From positions 373,674,001 through 373,738,000 of the forward strand of contig OZ024741.1 in the NCBI GenBank assembly GCA_964016885.1: a stretch of DNA of 64,000 nucleotides, given 5' to 3'. Positions 1-12,297 of the stretch are shown piece after piece (positions within the stretch are counted from its first letter, which is position 1; every line of letters starts with the position of its first letter). The notes beneath the pieces are model-generated. The model worked only from the letters and a program-made list of their open reading frames with translations. It was not told the DNA's origin and made no database searches. The position numbers and the translations under genes were made by a program. The DNA comes from Eledone cirrhosa. Its lineage: Eukaryota.

Positions 1-85
1 CAGTAATGCACTGGGTAATTGCTGGCCTTGTGCCTAAAGTAGAAACAATTATAGTTAAGATTGAACTAAACGTAAAAGATATTAT

Positions 86-262
86 GAATTGGCAGTATAG
101 GTAGAGGGTCGGACGCCATGCTTTCCAGCATAATTCCGTCCCTTTACGGTCTGAGTTCAAATCCCGTCGAGGTTAACTTTGCCTTTCATCCTTACCGGGT
201 CGATAAAATAAAGTACCAGTAATGAAATGGGTAATTGCTGGCCTTGTGCCAAAAATAGAAAC

Positions 263-267
<5 letters not shown>
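86..267 (+). mobile_element. tRNA-derived SINE, family A (most abundant repeat in the window)
   Basis: Has A-box-like TGGCAGTATAGGTAG, B-box GAGTTCAAATCC, core GCCTTTCATCCTT..GGGTCGATAAAATAAAGTACCAG and tail GGCCTTGTGCC..AGAAACAATTA. Further copies lie at about 1-50, 4017-4205, 4573-4728(-), 10268-10449, 11328-11518(-), 18820-19008, 20820-20952(-), 23552-23735(-) and 32435-32649(-), plus many diverged ones. Confidence 0.9.
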
Positions 268-301
<34 letters not shown>

Positions 302-469
302 CAAAAGGGATATTTACTTTGTTGGTAATTCAACAAATATATATATGTTTATAACTGATTCGAAGCACTCGACAAGTTTTCTGGAGTATAATATCAATGA
401 TATCCAGGAAAAACTTGAACCGTTAATATCTTCTTCCTGGATATGTCAATATTTATAAAACAAACTTTG

Positions 470-530
470 TATTTTATCTGATGAGAGCGTACCAAAGTTT
501 TGGTACCCTTGAAATATATATAATAGAATA
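470..530 (+). ncRNA. Type I hammerhead ribozyme motif
   Basis: Stem I TATTTTAT/ATAGAATA, core CTGATGA (478-484), stem II GAGCGTACCAAA/TTTGGTACCCTT, GAAA (511-514), palindromic stem III ATATATAT, predicted cleavage after 522. Confidence 0.7.
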
Positions 531-622
531 AATATGGTTTTATAAATATAGTTTCATTTATTTAATATCATTGATATATATATGTAATGAGAGGCACAGG
601 CAGACATATATTATATATATTA

Positions 623-1573
623 CTAGCAGTAAAGCCCGGCGTTGCTCGGGGTCGCTCAGTAGCTGTGTTAAAGTTACAATGTTAAGTTTCTTTCTTGGCT
701 TAAAAACTGTAGTGTCTACTGTGCAGACTTGCATGTGGTGTTTTTGATTAATATTCCCTCAACCAACAATATGCCTTATGAAGTTAAGAAAACATAACGA
801 TAACCCGAATGTTATAACAAAAGAGGATGCTGGGGATAGAAACTGCACTGGTTATTTATTAACAAAGATCGAAAATGTAAACACTGCAACGCAGAGAAAA
901 ACATTAGCGTAACCAAATTATCAGTTATGTCTGTCTGCACGCCTATATCACCTCTCTGCACGACTGTCTGTCTGCACGCCTATATCACCTCTCTGCACGA
1001 CTGTCTGTCTGCACGCCTATATCACCTCTCTGCACGACTATCTGTCTGCACGCCTATATCACCTCTCTGCACGACTATCTGTCTGCACGCGTATATCACC
1101 TCTCTGCACGACTGTCTGTCTGCACGACTGTCTGCACGCCTAACGACGAAATATTTGCTTGTTTTACGTAGTCTTTAAATAGACTTGTTTTCAAGTAAAA
1201 ATATTGTTTTAAAATGCTTTTAAATGGAAATGAAGCAAAACGGAAGCTTAGTGTTCGAACTGATGAATTTTGCAGGTCAATATTTTGCTATGTCATTTTA
1301 AACGCTGAGAAAGCCAGCGTAATTTTTTACGTAAGACGCTCAATGTAAACAGAACAAAGGGAAATAACTGATAACTTACGCTCAAAAATCGATACATTAT
1401 ATTCGATTTCGTCACATAGGGTGGGTCAATTTGAAATATTTTTTTCCGATGTCTTCGCTAGGGCTCAATGTACAAGTATAGCAATTTCGGTGCAATTCCG
1501 TGAGAGATTCTAAGAGGAGATGTGTGCCAAAAATCGGTAGACAGACAGACAACCACAGTTTTATATATATAGA
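623..1573 (-). mobile_element. Non-autonomous Helitron, complete copy (951 bp)
   Basis: On the minus strand it starts TCTATATATATAAAA followed by (TCTG)n. It ends with the GC hairpin CCCGAGCAACGCCGGG and CTAG followed by T. No TIRs or TSD. Confidence 0.85.
929..1140. repeat. 37-bp minisatellite inside Helitron copy 1 (5 full units plus a partial)
   Basis: Unit GTCTGTCTGCACGCCTATATCACCTCTCTGCACGACT. Confidence 0.95.
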
Positions 1574-2301
<728 letters not shown>

Positions 2302-2785
2302 AGAGTGTATGCGTGTGTGTGAGCGTGTTTCTGTCAGATTATGTAAAATTGTGAGTGAGATGTATCAACACGGTAACCACATATCACCTTTTTAAGAAAA
2401 TAAAAATCACCCTATATCTTCCCATTATATATACCTAACGTTCTTAGAAAAGAGTTTTGATAAATTATATTTCAAAAGGGGCGAAGACTATTTCTGTTGT
2501 TGGATTATATTCTATTAAATTGGTCTCCAATTCTTGTTTTCCTGATTAAACATAGCACGGGCGAATGGTAAAGAAGTTCGCTTAGGTCTAGGTCTCAATC
2601 CTACTGCGAAACATCTGAGTCAAGTGTCATTTGCCATAGATTTAGGTAGTCTCAAATCATGTGAGTGAAACTAGGTAGATAGAAATTGTTTGGAAGCCTG
2701 TTGGATGGATTGTACCTGAGATTCAATAAGCTAAGCTTATCGCACGTTGTCTCCCTGAATCTCATGAATTACGATAAGAGTACAC

Positions 2786-3036
2786 CAGGGCAGGACTTTT
2801 ACCCGCTGAAGCCCTAAGCTATATGAAAATTGAGGTCCTTCTCTAAAAAATATACCGTATAACATTTTTTTTAATAATATATTAATCAAAGGATAAATAA
2901 TATAATTTTTGATGATTTAGTATTCAGGAATAAAAATTAATGATAACATTTAAAAATATATATTTTTTTAAATGAGGTCCCCGAGGGTGTTGACATAGGC
3001 TATAACTTATTTACCTTATAGGTAAGTCCCGCATTG
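2786..3036. mobile_element. hAT-like MITE (second copy at 51837-52086)
   Basis: Imperfect CAG..CTG termini, degenerate 8-bp TSD GAGTACAC/GAATACGC, and internal homology to 51837-52086. Confidence 0.65.
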
Positions 3037-3182
3037 GAATACGCGAGTCTATAGGTGGTGAAACGTTGCGACATGAGAAAGAATGTTTTGCAGCATTAGT
3101 TGCGTCTCCCTACACTCTCAAAATACATCGAGGTCAATAAAAAAGCATCGGATCAGTTCTGAGGACGATTCTTCCTCTATAT

Positions 3183-3464
3183 CTGGCATGGGCAACCTTT
3201 TTCGAGAAGCGGGCCGCTTGAGATATGGCTCATCATCAGGCGGGCTGCAAGCGCTAATTTACATTCGTGCCCACATTTAAAAAAAGGGTGGTAACTCAGG
3301 TTGTTTTGATTTGTTTCTTCAGAATTCGTACACGTTGTTTTCTTCGATCGTAAAAATGATAGAAAGATAAATTACGACTGAAAAGTTGGGGTAAAAAAAT
3401 CAAAGATTTCACTTAAGTGACTTAGGCGAGCCACTCAGAAAGCTTCGCGGGCAGCCCATGACTG
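3183..3464. mobile_element. hAT-like MITE
   Basis: Termini CTGGCATGGGCAAC / GCAGCCCATGACTG and a perfect 8-bp TSD CTCTATAT. Confidence 0.75.
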
Positions 3465-4401
3465 CTCTATATCTTTCTATCACTTATTTTCTATCACCTT
3501 TTCTCCTCTTCTAGAAAAATGTTCAGACCTAGAGAGGGAATGGCTTGGGCTAGTTTAAAATGCCCAAGAGACGCTGTACGTCGCCAATGCGGTGGACCTA
3601 CGACTCCAGGTGTTACGTGCCTATGAAATGCTTAGGCTGTCTCGTTGATGAAACAACTGAAATATTCGTCGTCAGAACCGACGGAGCTCCATTCCATTTC
3701 CTTTTCATTTTCTAAAGCTGATCCAAGCAGGATTTGAACTAGAATCAATAAAGCATGTCGAGAGAACTTGAGGTGGGGTAAAAATATGGAAGTAGGTATT
3801 GTTAATAAGGATGGTAGAGCGTCGAATAACATGTCGCTGCGTTATTTGTTCGGACTCTTTACATTTTGAGTTCAAATCCCACCGAGGTCAACTGTACCCT
3901 TTATCTTTCTAGAGTCGTTAAAATAAAGTACCAGTCAAGTACTGGGCTGATTTAATTAACTCTACCCGTTCTGTTCCCCCATTTTCTAACATTGAGCCTA
4001 AATTAGAAATCTTTATTGTGGATTGGCAGTATCGGTAGAGCGTCAGACACCATGCTTTGCAGCATAGAGTTATGGCCCTTTACGTTCTGAGTTCAAATCT
4101 CACCGAGGTTAACTTTGTCTTTCATCTTTACAGGGTCGATAAAATAAAGTACCAGTAATGCACTGGTGTAATTGCTGGCCTTGTTCCAAAAGTAGATACA
4201 ATTATTTTTAACAGATGTGCATTTCACTATTGCTCACCCCATCTTCATTACATACATGCAGACTGTCAGACTGTCAGACATTAGCATATAACACCTGCAT
4301 CTTCTAATCCATATGATGTAACACCTTTCATATCATCGCTGGAATTTTTATCAAATATTCTCAACTAAAAAGCTTATTCTTTGATAGAGATAAATACTGG
4401 A

Positions 4402-4440
<39 letters not shown>

Positions 4441-4535
4441 ATAATAATAAATTTGAAGACTAAAATCCAAAGAGGGCTCGATAAGGGTGAAAGCAGCGAT
4501 TCTTTGCTTAAACTTTAATCTGTTATTTTAATATA

Positions 4536-4568
<33 letters not shown>

Positions 4569-4790
4569 GAGTCAATTACCCAGTACATTACTGGTACTTT
4601 ATTTTATCGACCCCGTAAGGATGAAAGGCAAAGTTGACCTTGGCGGGATTTGAACTCACAATGGAAAGGGCCGTAACTATGCGTCTAAGCATGACGTCCG
4701 ACCCTCTACCGATACTGCCAATCCACCAGGTAAACAGAAATAACACAATCGGTACAGTATATGGAAGGGATGTATTAGGTTAACGCTTGG

Positions 4791-4846
4791 AGAAATGGAA
4801 ACAGATGAGTATTGACGTACGTCAATACTCATCTTTTTCCATTTCT
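4791..4846. repeat. 28-bp-arm palindrome centred on GACGT|ACGTC
   Basis: One mismatch and no spacer. The left flank resembles the tail downstream of the HHR at 63872-63945. Confidence 0.85.
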
Positions 4847-4929
4847 TTAATTTCTTTAGTCAAAATACGGCGATAGCTAACATTTCTAATAATTTCAAAT
4901 CCGCTCGCTGTTTCGAAAATATTCTTACT

Positions 4930-5058
<129 letters not shown>

Positions 5059-5293
5059 CTTTATAAAGTAATTAAGAAAAAAGTATAGTAGGTGTTTTTT
5101 GTTTTCTATGTAAATCCTATGGGAAAGTGTTCTTTGAATATTTAATTCAATATCACCGAGGAAATGATCTCCAGATTACACGCTGTAGATCTTTGTGATT
5201 ATATTTCTAAGGTAAAAGAAATGGAAAACATGTTACGTTCTACTAGATGTTGATAAAGGGATGAAGAGGGTGAAGGACCATGAACTGCCTTAA

Positions 5294-5748
5294 TAGTAGT
5301 GGTGGCGGTGGTGGTGATGATAGTGGCAGTGGTGGTAGTGGTAGTGGTGGTGGTGATAGTGGTGGTGGTGGTGGTGGTGATAGTGGTGGTGGTGGTGGTG
5401 GTGATGATAGTGGTGGTGGTGGTGATGTTAGTGGTGGTGGTGGTGATGGTGGTGGTGAAAGTGGTAGTGGTGATGATAGTGGCAGTGGTGGTACTGGTAG
5501 TGGTGGTGGTGGTACTGGTAGTGGTGGTGGTGGTGGTAGTGGTAGTGGTGGTGATGATAGTGGTAGTGGTGGTGGTGGTGGTGGTGGTGGTAGTGGTGGT
5601 AGTGGTAGTGGTGGTGGTGGTAGTGGTGGCGGTGGTAGTGGTAGTGGTGGTGGTGGTGGTAGTGGTGGTGGTAGTGGTGGTGGTGGTCGTCGTAGTGCTG
5701 GTGGTCGTAGTGGTGGTGGTCGTAGTGGTAATGGTGGTGGTGGTGGTA
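5294..5748. repeat. Imperfect (GGT/AGT/GAT)n trinucleotide repeat
   Basis: Read directly. It explains the poly-T/P/G/V ORFs. Confidence 0.95.
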
Positions 5749-6083
5749 GCAACAGCCGCTACAGAATCATCTTCACTAGATATAAACATACAAAGCCTGA
5801 ATTGAAAGATATACACACGCAATTCACTGTTATGTTGTAGGAGGACAGATTTGTTCATTGAGGGGGGGGGGGGCACACAGAGTAACGCCTTTTAAATTCT
5901 TGTCAACTGGGGCCATCAGACCTGTCACCAAGAGTGTGTGTGTGTGGGGGGGGGTCCACTGAGACCATCAGACCTGTCACCAAGAAAAGAGTGTACTGAA
6001 TGGCACTGCTACCCCACATAGTTTTCAATGGTACATCCTCAGATTTAGAAAATAGAGTTTATGAAAAAACCTGTCCCGAAATA

Positions 6084-6300
6084 CAGAGTGGGCCAGAATT
6101 CATAACTCGCTTGTTAGTTATATTTCTTAACATGCTTATTTTATTGTTATTGTATTAAATGTGTACATTTGTGAGCTTACCGTTTCTTGTTCATGATCTT
6201 AAGTCTGTATATGGTATTATATTCCTTAACTTGTTTTATTACACATTGTGTTAATAGATCTATAAATAATCAAGGGAGTCATGAATTCTGGCCCACACTA
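6084..6300. mobile_element. Tc1/mariner-type MITE
   Basis: 30-bp TIRs CAGAGTGGGCCAGAATTCATAACTCGCTTG / CAAGGGAGTCATGAATTCTGGCCCACACTA, flanked by TA on both sides. Confidence 0.85.
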
Positions 6301-8329
6301 TACATTCTTTAAAGTCTTGACTTAGCTAACTTTTCTTCTCAAAATAAGAACCAACACCAAAAACACATTCTAAAAAATTAACCAAAAAAGCTGGTCGAAA
6401 ATTTCCTAGGGAATTAAAATGCCCATCCAAAATGTTGTGAAGCACCCACAAGCCCCAAAGATTAGTGATGGACCTGGAGACCACGAGGCAACGTCCACCT
6501 GACGTTTTGCATGTCAGAGAGATAGAATGAAACAATATTTCATTGGCTGGTTCGTGCTGTTACCGCTGACCCCTACACATACACACACATACGCACATAT
6601 GCATACATACATGCATACATACGAGAAAGGTCAACAAGAGTAAACAATACGGAACAACAATACACTACAATGATGATATATATTAGTTTAGCGCTTGATA
6701 TAGTAGGAAAAGAATCTTAACATATCAATCGTTAGCGCTTCATCGGAAGAGAGAGAGAGAGAGAAAGAGAGAGAAGGGGTGGGGGATAAAAAGATAGACT
6801 GATTTATGAAAGATGTACGGGTGGTGAGGTAAGCATCGAGGTGTTAGAACGTGTGTGGAGTGTACAAAGCCGTGAAAGTATGAAGGTCGTGATGTGCGTC
6901 AGATGTGCATGGCTGAAGAGCTATATGAAATTACAATGAGGTAATCGTCGTCCAGAACTAAATTATTTTCAAAGCCAAACAGTTACACGAACGAGCTAGC
7001 GTTTGCCGAACGTAAAAATACATTATTCAATGCAATGATCAATGTAATTTCATTTCAAAATTTGTGAAACTTCCACAACTTCTATGATTTAGGCACAAGG
7101 CCAGCAATTTGGGGGAGGGGAAAGACCATTAAATCGATTTCAGTGCATGACGGGTATTTTATTATATCGACTCCGTAAGGATGAAAGGCAAAGCTAACCA
7201 CGGCAAGATTTGAACTCAGAATGTTAACTTCCCCAAATAACATACATACAAATAAAATAGCACTGCTGTCTTTCTCGCCTGTTGGTCACATGATCTATTA
7301 CTTGTTCTCCCAAAAGGAGAACAGAGTAAGAAAATAAGACCCCCACTAACGAATTTAAAATGGGGAAAAAACAGCATCATTCTTTAGTAGGGGAGGAGTA
7401 ATTTTTTTGCCCTTTTTTGTTTTTTCTTCTTCGATATCCAGTCTCTAGTTTTACAAAATATGTTTTACCGTGATGTGTAGGTGTTAAATTGAATGAATGT
7501 ATGTATGTACTCCTGGTGGGGTGGTAGAGCGCCGTCATGACATTTTAAACATGGCGAAACCCACCCCATCTCTAGGTTTGAACACAGCCGATTTCTTCCA
7601 GAGAAGGGGAGAGAGTGATAGAGAGGAAGTAAGAGAGTTATAGAGGAAGAATCGATCCTGATAAAGGACTGGTACTTTATTTATCGACCTCAAAAGTATG
7701 AAAAGCAAAGTTGACCTCGGCGGGACTTGAACTCAGAGAGCCAGAACAAATACCACAAAATATTCTACCAACGGTTTAAAGACTTTGCCAAATCGCCGCC
7801 TACTAATTCATTTATAATGATGGGGAGATCGTCTTTGGTGTATAAGAAATAATAATACCCAAGGTACTTCTATTCCATCTTGTTTTTGTTATGTGGTGCG
7901 TTTTTCGTGTTTCGTGTCTGTTCATGAGTTTGCGTCTGTGTGTATGTGTTTGACATGTCTACATGTTTTGCGGGGGGGGGGGGGGGGGGGTTGTATCGTC
8001 CTCTTGTTTGCTGTCTGTATCTTTTTGTTTGTGTCTTTATTCTGTCTGCAGTTGTTAAGTTGCGGGTTAATATTCCACTAGTGTTTTCTGTTCAGGCTAG
8101 GACTATCTTCTATTATATGAGTGGTTTCTGTAATTTGTCAGAATGTTGCGTCAGTTCTAAGTGTGGATAGGATCTTTATTTCTATGTTATCTATTGAGCC
8201 CTCATATTGGCAACATGACCGTCCTCAAATATAACAATATCGGTTTCATCAAACGATTTCTCATCAAGAATCTTGCAGAACGAATGCATGAATAATTTTA
8301 ATATTTTATATAATTTTTAATAAATGCTA

Positions 8330-9040
8330 ATACAAAATCTGTAGATCAATAGAGAAGAAATTATGCAAAGGCTTTATATCATTTGGTTGCTTTCCATTTT
8401 GTTTTGAGGTCACATTTACAGGAGATAATGTGATTTTGATGTGTATATTTAAATACATTCTCAATATAAATTCGATAACAAATCTTTTAATATTGATTTT
8501 TAATTTAGGTATCATCATTTTCATTCGCTCTTCCACCAGCGCTAGATTGTACACTAACATGACAAAGTTACTTCCAAAGTTTCCTATTTTGAGTGGCAGA
8601 CCTGTCAACAATCCCCGTCCGACGGAGGATTTCCCACCCACTTTGGGATGGGTGAAAGAGGTCTTCTCTCGTGAAAATGGGTATAGCTTTCATTATGTAA
8701 ATTCTCCCCATTTTGTCTCATTCTCCCCGTTTTAGGGCACTTTTTTTCATGGTACTCCCAGTTTGGGTATCTAGAGGTTGGCAGATCTGGAGTGGTTTCG
8801 TTTGGTTTATATAAATTTAGACCAGAGCATTTATAGACATTGTCTCTCCAGTGCCTCAATCGCCTATCCCTATTTATTTTACCCTGAATCATACCCGCGA
8901 TACAGGTTTTAGAAATACGTTTTTATGAACATTTTGCGTGACTAAAGAGCGTCAAGATGTTCCACATAATAGGAACTAGTTTAGCAGCTTCTAGTATATC
9001 CCCAATTTCTCATGGTTGAGTAGTTTGTGATTTGTCATGA
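8330..9040 (-). pseudogene. Possible highly degenerate Penelope-like reverse transcriptase remnant, interrupted by a MITE
   Basis: Broken minus-strand peptides (GLNLYKPNETT..GSNFVMLVYNLALVEERM..NGKQP) loosely resemble the PLE RT GxAMGSxFAxxYANL region. Similarity was judged by eye only. Confidence 0.35.
8597..8789. mobile_element. MITE of about 190 bp with CAGACCTG(T/C)CAAC TIRs and a 6-7 bp TSD
   Basis: TSD GAGTGG at 8591-8596 and 8790-8795. Sister copies at 14641-14825, 51557-51742 (TSD CATAATC) and 62754-62948. Confidence 0.85.
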
Positions 9041-9619
9041 ACCTCATACTGGCGTGGATTGGCAGTATCGACATATCGTCAGATAAAACACTTTGCAGTA
9101 TCTAGTTACACATTTCTACTGCCAGGAATTTGAAGGGGAGAAGAAAGACGATTGAATCGACTCCAGTATTTGAAATGTTGAAGGGCGAGGTTAACCTCGA
9201 CGCTATTCTAGCTGATAACTTAAAGAGCCGAATAAATATTGATAAACGTTTCGTCCGACGTCTTAACGATTCTGCTAATCCATCGCCCATTGTTTCATGT
9301 ATCACGAAGATCTTAGTTAGATTTCACTGTATGACATTTTGAGCAAAAGCCTTTTACTATAGCTTCGGTTCATCCTATGCTTTGTGACTGAAACGACTAA
9401 AATGTCAGCACTTTTGTTGATGATGATGATGATGATAATTTGGGCAAAAGACCAGCAAATTTAGAGGGGAGAAAAAGCCTGTCAAATCGACCCTGATGCA
9501 CTGGTACTTTATTTTATTGACCTCAGCGAGATTTGAACTCCGAACATAAAGAGTCAGAACAAACATGACAAAGCATTTTGTCTTAATAAAAATAATAATC
9601 TCCACTACAACTATTTGCA

Positions 9620-9815
9620 TTAATTTCTTCTACTTCTTTCTGGGGGAGTTGTTGGGGCCGAGTGTTGAAGTACTCTCTCCAGCTAGTCATGTCAGAAACA
9701 ACAGCCTCCGATTGATCCAGCTGGATCCCCAAACGAGACCAACCGAACTGATGAATGTTATCCAACCATCCTGCTCGTGGTGGGTCTAACCCATGTCTCC
9801 TACAGGTTGTTTTAC
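9620..9815 (-). mobile_element. 3' fragment of an RTE-type LINE
   Basis: Peptide PRAGWLDNIHQ..EAVVSDMTSWREY resembles the RTE C-terminal GRPxxxWxDxI...AxDRxxWR pattern. Confidence 0.55.
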
Positions 9816-10864
9816 CTGAAAATCTGTCCAGCGATTCTTTCCTGAGACATTCTAGCCACATTACGCTCTAATTTGTAAAATAAAAACCCCTGAATAGCTT
9901 TTTAAAATAAAGTCTGTCTCAAGCGAGGAGGCGCACCAGGCCGGAGCCTATGCCAGTTTCATTGACGTCAAATGATTGAGATAACGCAATCATTTCCCGC
10001 TGAGTCGAATGAAAGTGATTTTCTAAAGAATATAATGCGCCACCCGGTTCACAAATCGAACACACTAGGCCGTGCGCCTTTACATAAGTAAATAGAACGT
10101 GGGAAAACATAACCCATTGTTCAATATGACGCAAAATAATTCTGTTGAGCGCTTTTTGGCATGTAACAATACATATATTAGTTTGATTGTTTGCTAAATA
10201 ATGTTTTTTAAATAACTTTTTTGCGTAACTAATTTTCTGCCATTCTCCTACCCTCATTAATTTCGGTTAATTGGCAGTATTGGTAGAGGGTCGGACACCA
10301 TGCTTTCCAGCATAGTTACGTCCCTTTACGGTCTGAGTTCAAATCCCGTCGAGGTTAACTTTGCCTTCCATCCTTACGGGGTCGATAAAATAAAGTACCA
10401 GTAATGTACTGGATAATTGCTGGCCTTCTGCCAAAAGTAGAAACAATTAATTTCTTAATATTCTAAATGAAATTTTGCAAAGATCCATTTGCTGTTATGC
10501 TTCATGCATCAGTTTAATAACGTCAACATTTGTTATATCATTAAATCTTTTAAAATTGTTTATTTATAAAATTATAGGCAGTCTTTCATTAGAAATATGG
10601 TAATAAAAAGGTTGAAGAAACACGCTTACTTTGATAAATGGCTTTACTGCTAAATCACTTTTATACCAATGTGTTTGAATATGTGTACGCACCCGCAACT
10701 CCTGGTGGAGTCGGAGGGGCGCTGTAGTGATATATGAAATGCCTTCAGCATTTTAAACCCATCTCTCTCCATATATATATATACATACTCTTTCACTTGT
10801 TTTAGTTACAGGACATAAGCAACACCGATTGCTAGGCGATGTAGGCGTAAACACACGTACATCA

Positions 10865-10904
<40 letters not shown>

Positions 10905-11814
10905 TATGGGCTTTTGCAGTTTCTGTCTACCAATTTACAAGGTATTGGTCAACTAGAGAAGACATTTGCCCAAGGTGAAACACACATGAACCTAACCTGA
11001 AACCACGCGGTTTCAAAGCGAAGTTCTCAACCACACATTTATCCCTGCGTCTATAGCATAATTTATATTTACGACAGAATATTATCGTCATTTAATCACC
11101 CATTTTGTTTTTCTTTTATTTGGGTTTCTAATTTAGGCACATCGCTAGCCATTTGAGGCGAGGGGAAAGTTGATTAAATCGATCCCAGTACTTGACTAAG
11201 ATTTTCTTTGTCGACCCTTGAAGCATGAAAGACAAAGTTGACCTCGGTGGGATTGAACTCAGAAGATAAAGCATTTCATCCGACGCTCTAACAATCCTTC
11301 CAATGCACCACTTAATTTTGGTCAAATAATTGTTTCTACATTTGGCACAAGGCCAGCAATTATCCTAGTGCATTACTGGTACTTTATTTTATCGACCCCG
11401 CAAGGATAAAAGGCAAAGTTAACCACGGCGTGATTTGAACTCAGAACGAAAAGGGCCATAACTCTATGCTACAAATCATGACGTCTGACGCTCTACCAAT
11501 ACTGTCAATCTACCGCCCTTTTGGGTCAAATAATGAGTGAATTTGACAGGCAAAGTACACTGCTGTTGCTGTAGTTACTATTGTTGTTGTTGCTGTTATT
11601 GTTGTTGTTTAGCTACTGATTGAGTTGACCTATAATCAAAGTCGTTCTTGATTGTTCCAGATTCGAAAATAGAAAAATCCAAGTACGCCATAAGAGAGAT
11701 TAGCTAATTTATTTCTGGATTGAGTAGAATTGAAGAGTCAGGAAGGAGTTTAGATAAAATAGCTACTACTAAGATTATATTCTATAGCAGCTTTTGATAA
11801 ACAGAGGTAAAGTT

Positions 11815-12297
11815 GCTCTCCAGCCCTCCTCAATGCAGGCCGATAACTAACTTAGCTTTTTGAAATCTAGATGGACCGCAAACCTGGTGAGCTAATACTT
11901 GGTCTGGGAGTAGGCCCACGACAAGGCTTACAGCCGTACCGATTGGAGATCTCGCGTCGTCTAATGCAGAAGAAGGTTTTATTGCTAGGGAAAATATGTT
12001 TAGCTAAATGCAGGAAATGAGAAATTAAACTTGATACGAGAGTATTTCTAATGAAATGAACTGAAATTTTAATAAATTAATGGTGGGGGATATGGAGTAA
12101 TTTCTTTTACTCTTCTTCCTCTTTTGATCCTTTTTCCCCCTATAGAGCATTGAACGACGAGAGATCTCTATTACGCACGGTCGCAAACCCTGCCTCGAAT
12201 CTGCTCTCAGGTCAGGCCCACATTTGCTATGTCCTTGACTTCGAAACTCTAAGTTAGTTTTCGGGCTGTGTTGAGAATGCAAGGTGGATGGAGCGCG
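11815..12297. repeat. Old, diverged fold-back (inverted) repeat
   Basis: 11815-11967 aligns by eye with the reverse complement of 12147-12297 (for example AACTAACTTAG/CTAAGTTAGTT and GAGATCTCGCGTCGT/ACGACGAGAGATCTC). Confidence 0.7.

Noticed and set aside
86-175. SINE heads as tRNA genes
   Set aside because: A and B boxes are present but there is no cloverleaf, and they continue into SINE core and tail.
5199-5876. Poly-Thr/Pro/Gly/Val ORFs (mucin-, extensin- or glycine-rich-like)
   Set aside because: Several frames are open only because of the (GGT)n repeat. There is no non-repetitive coding context.
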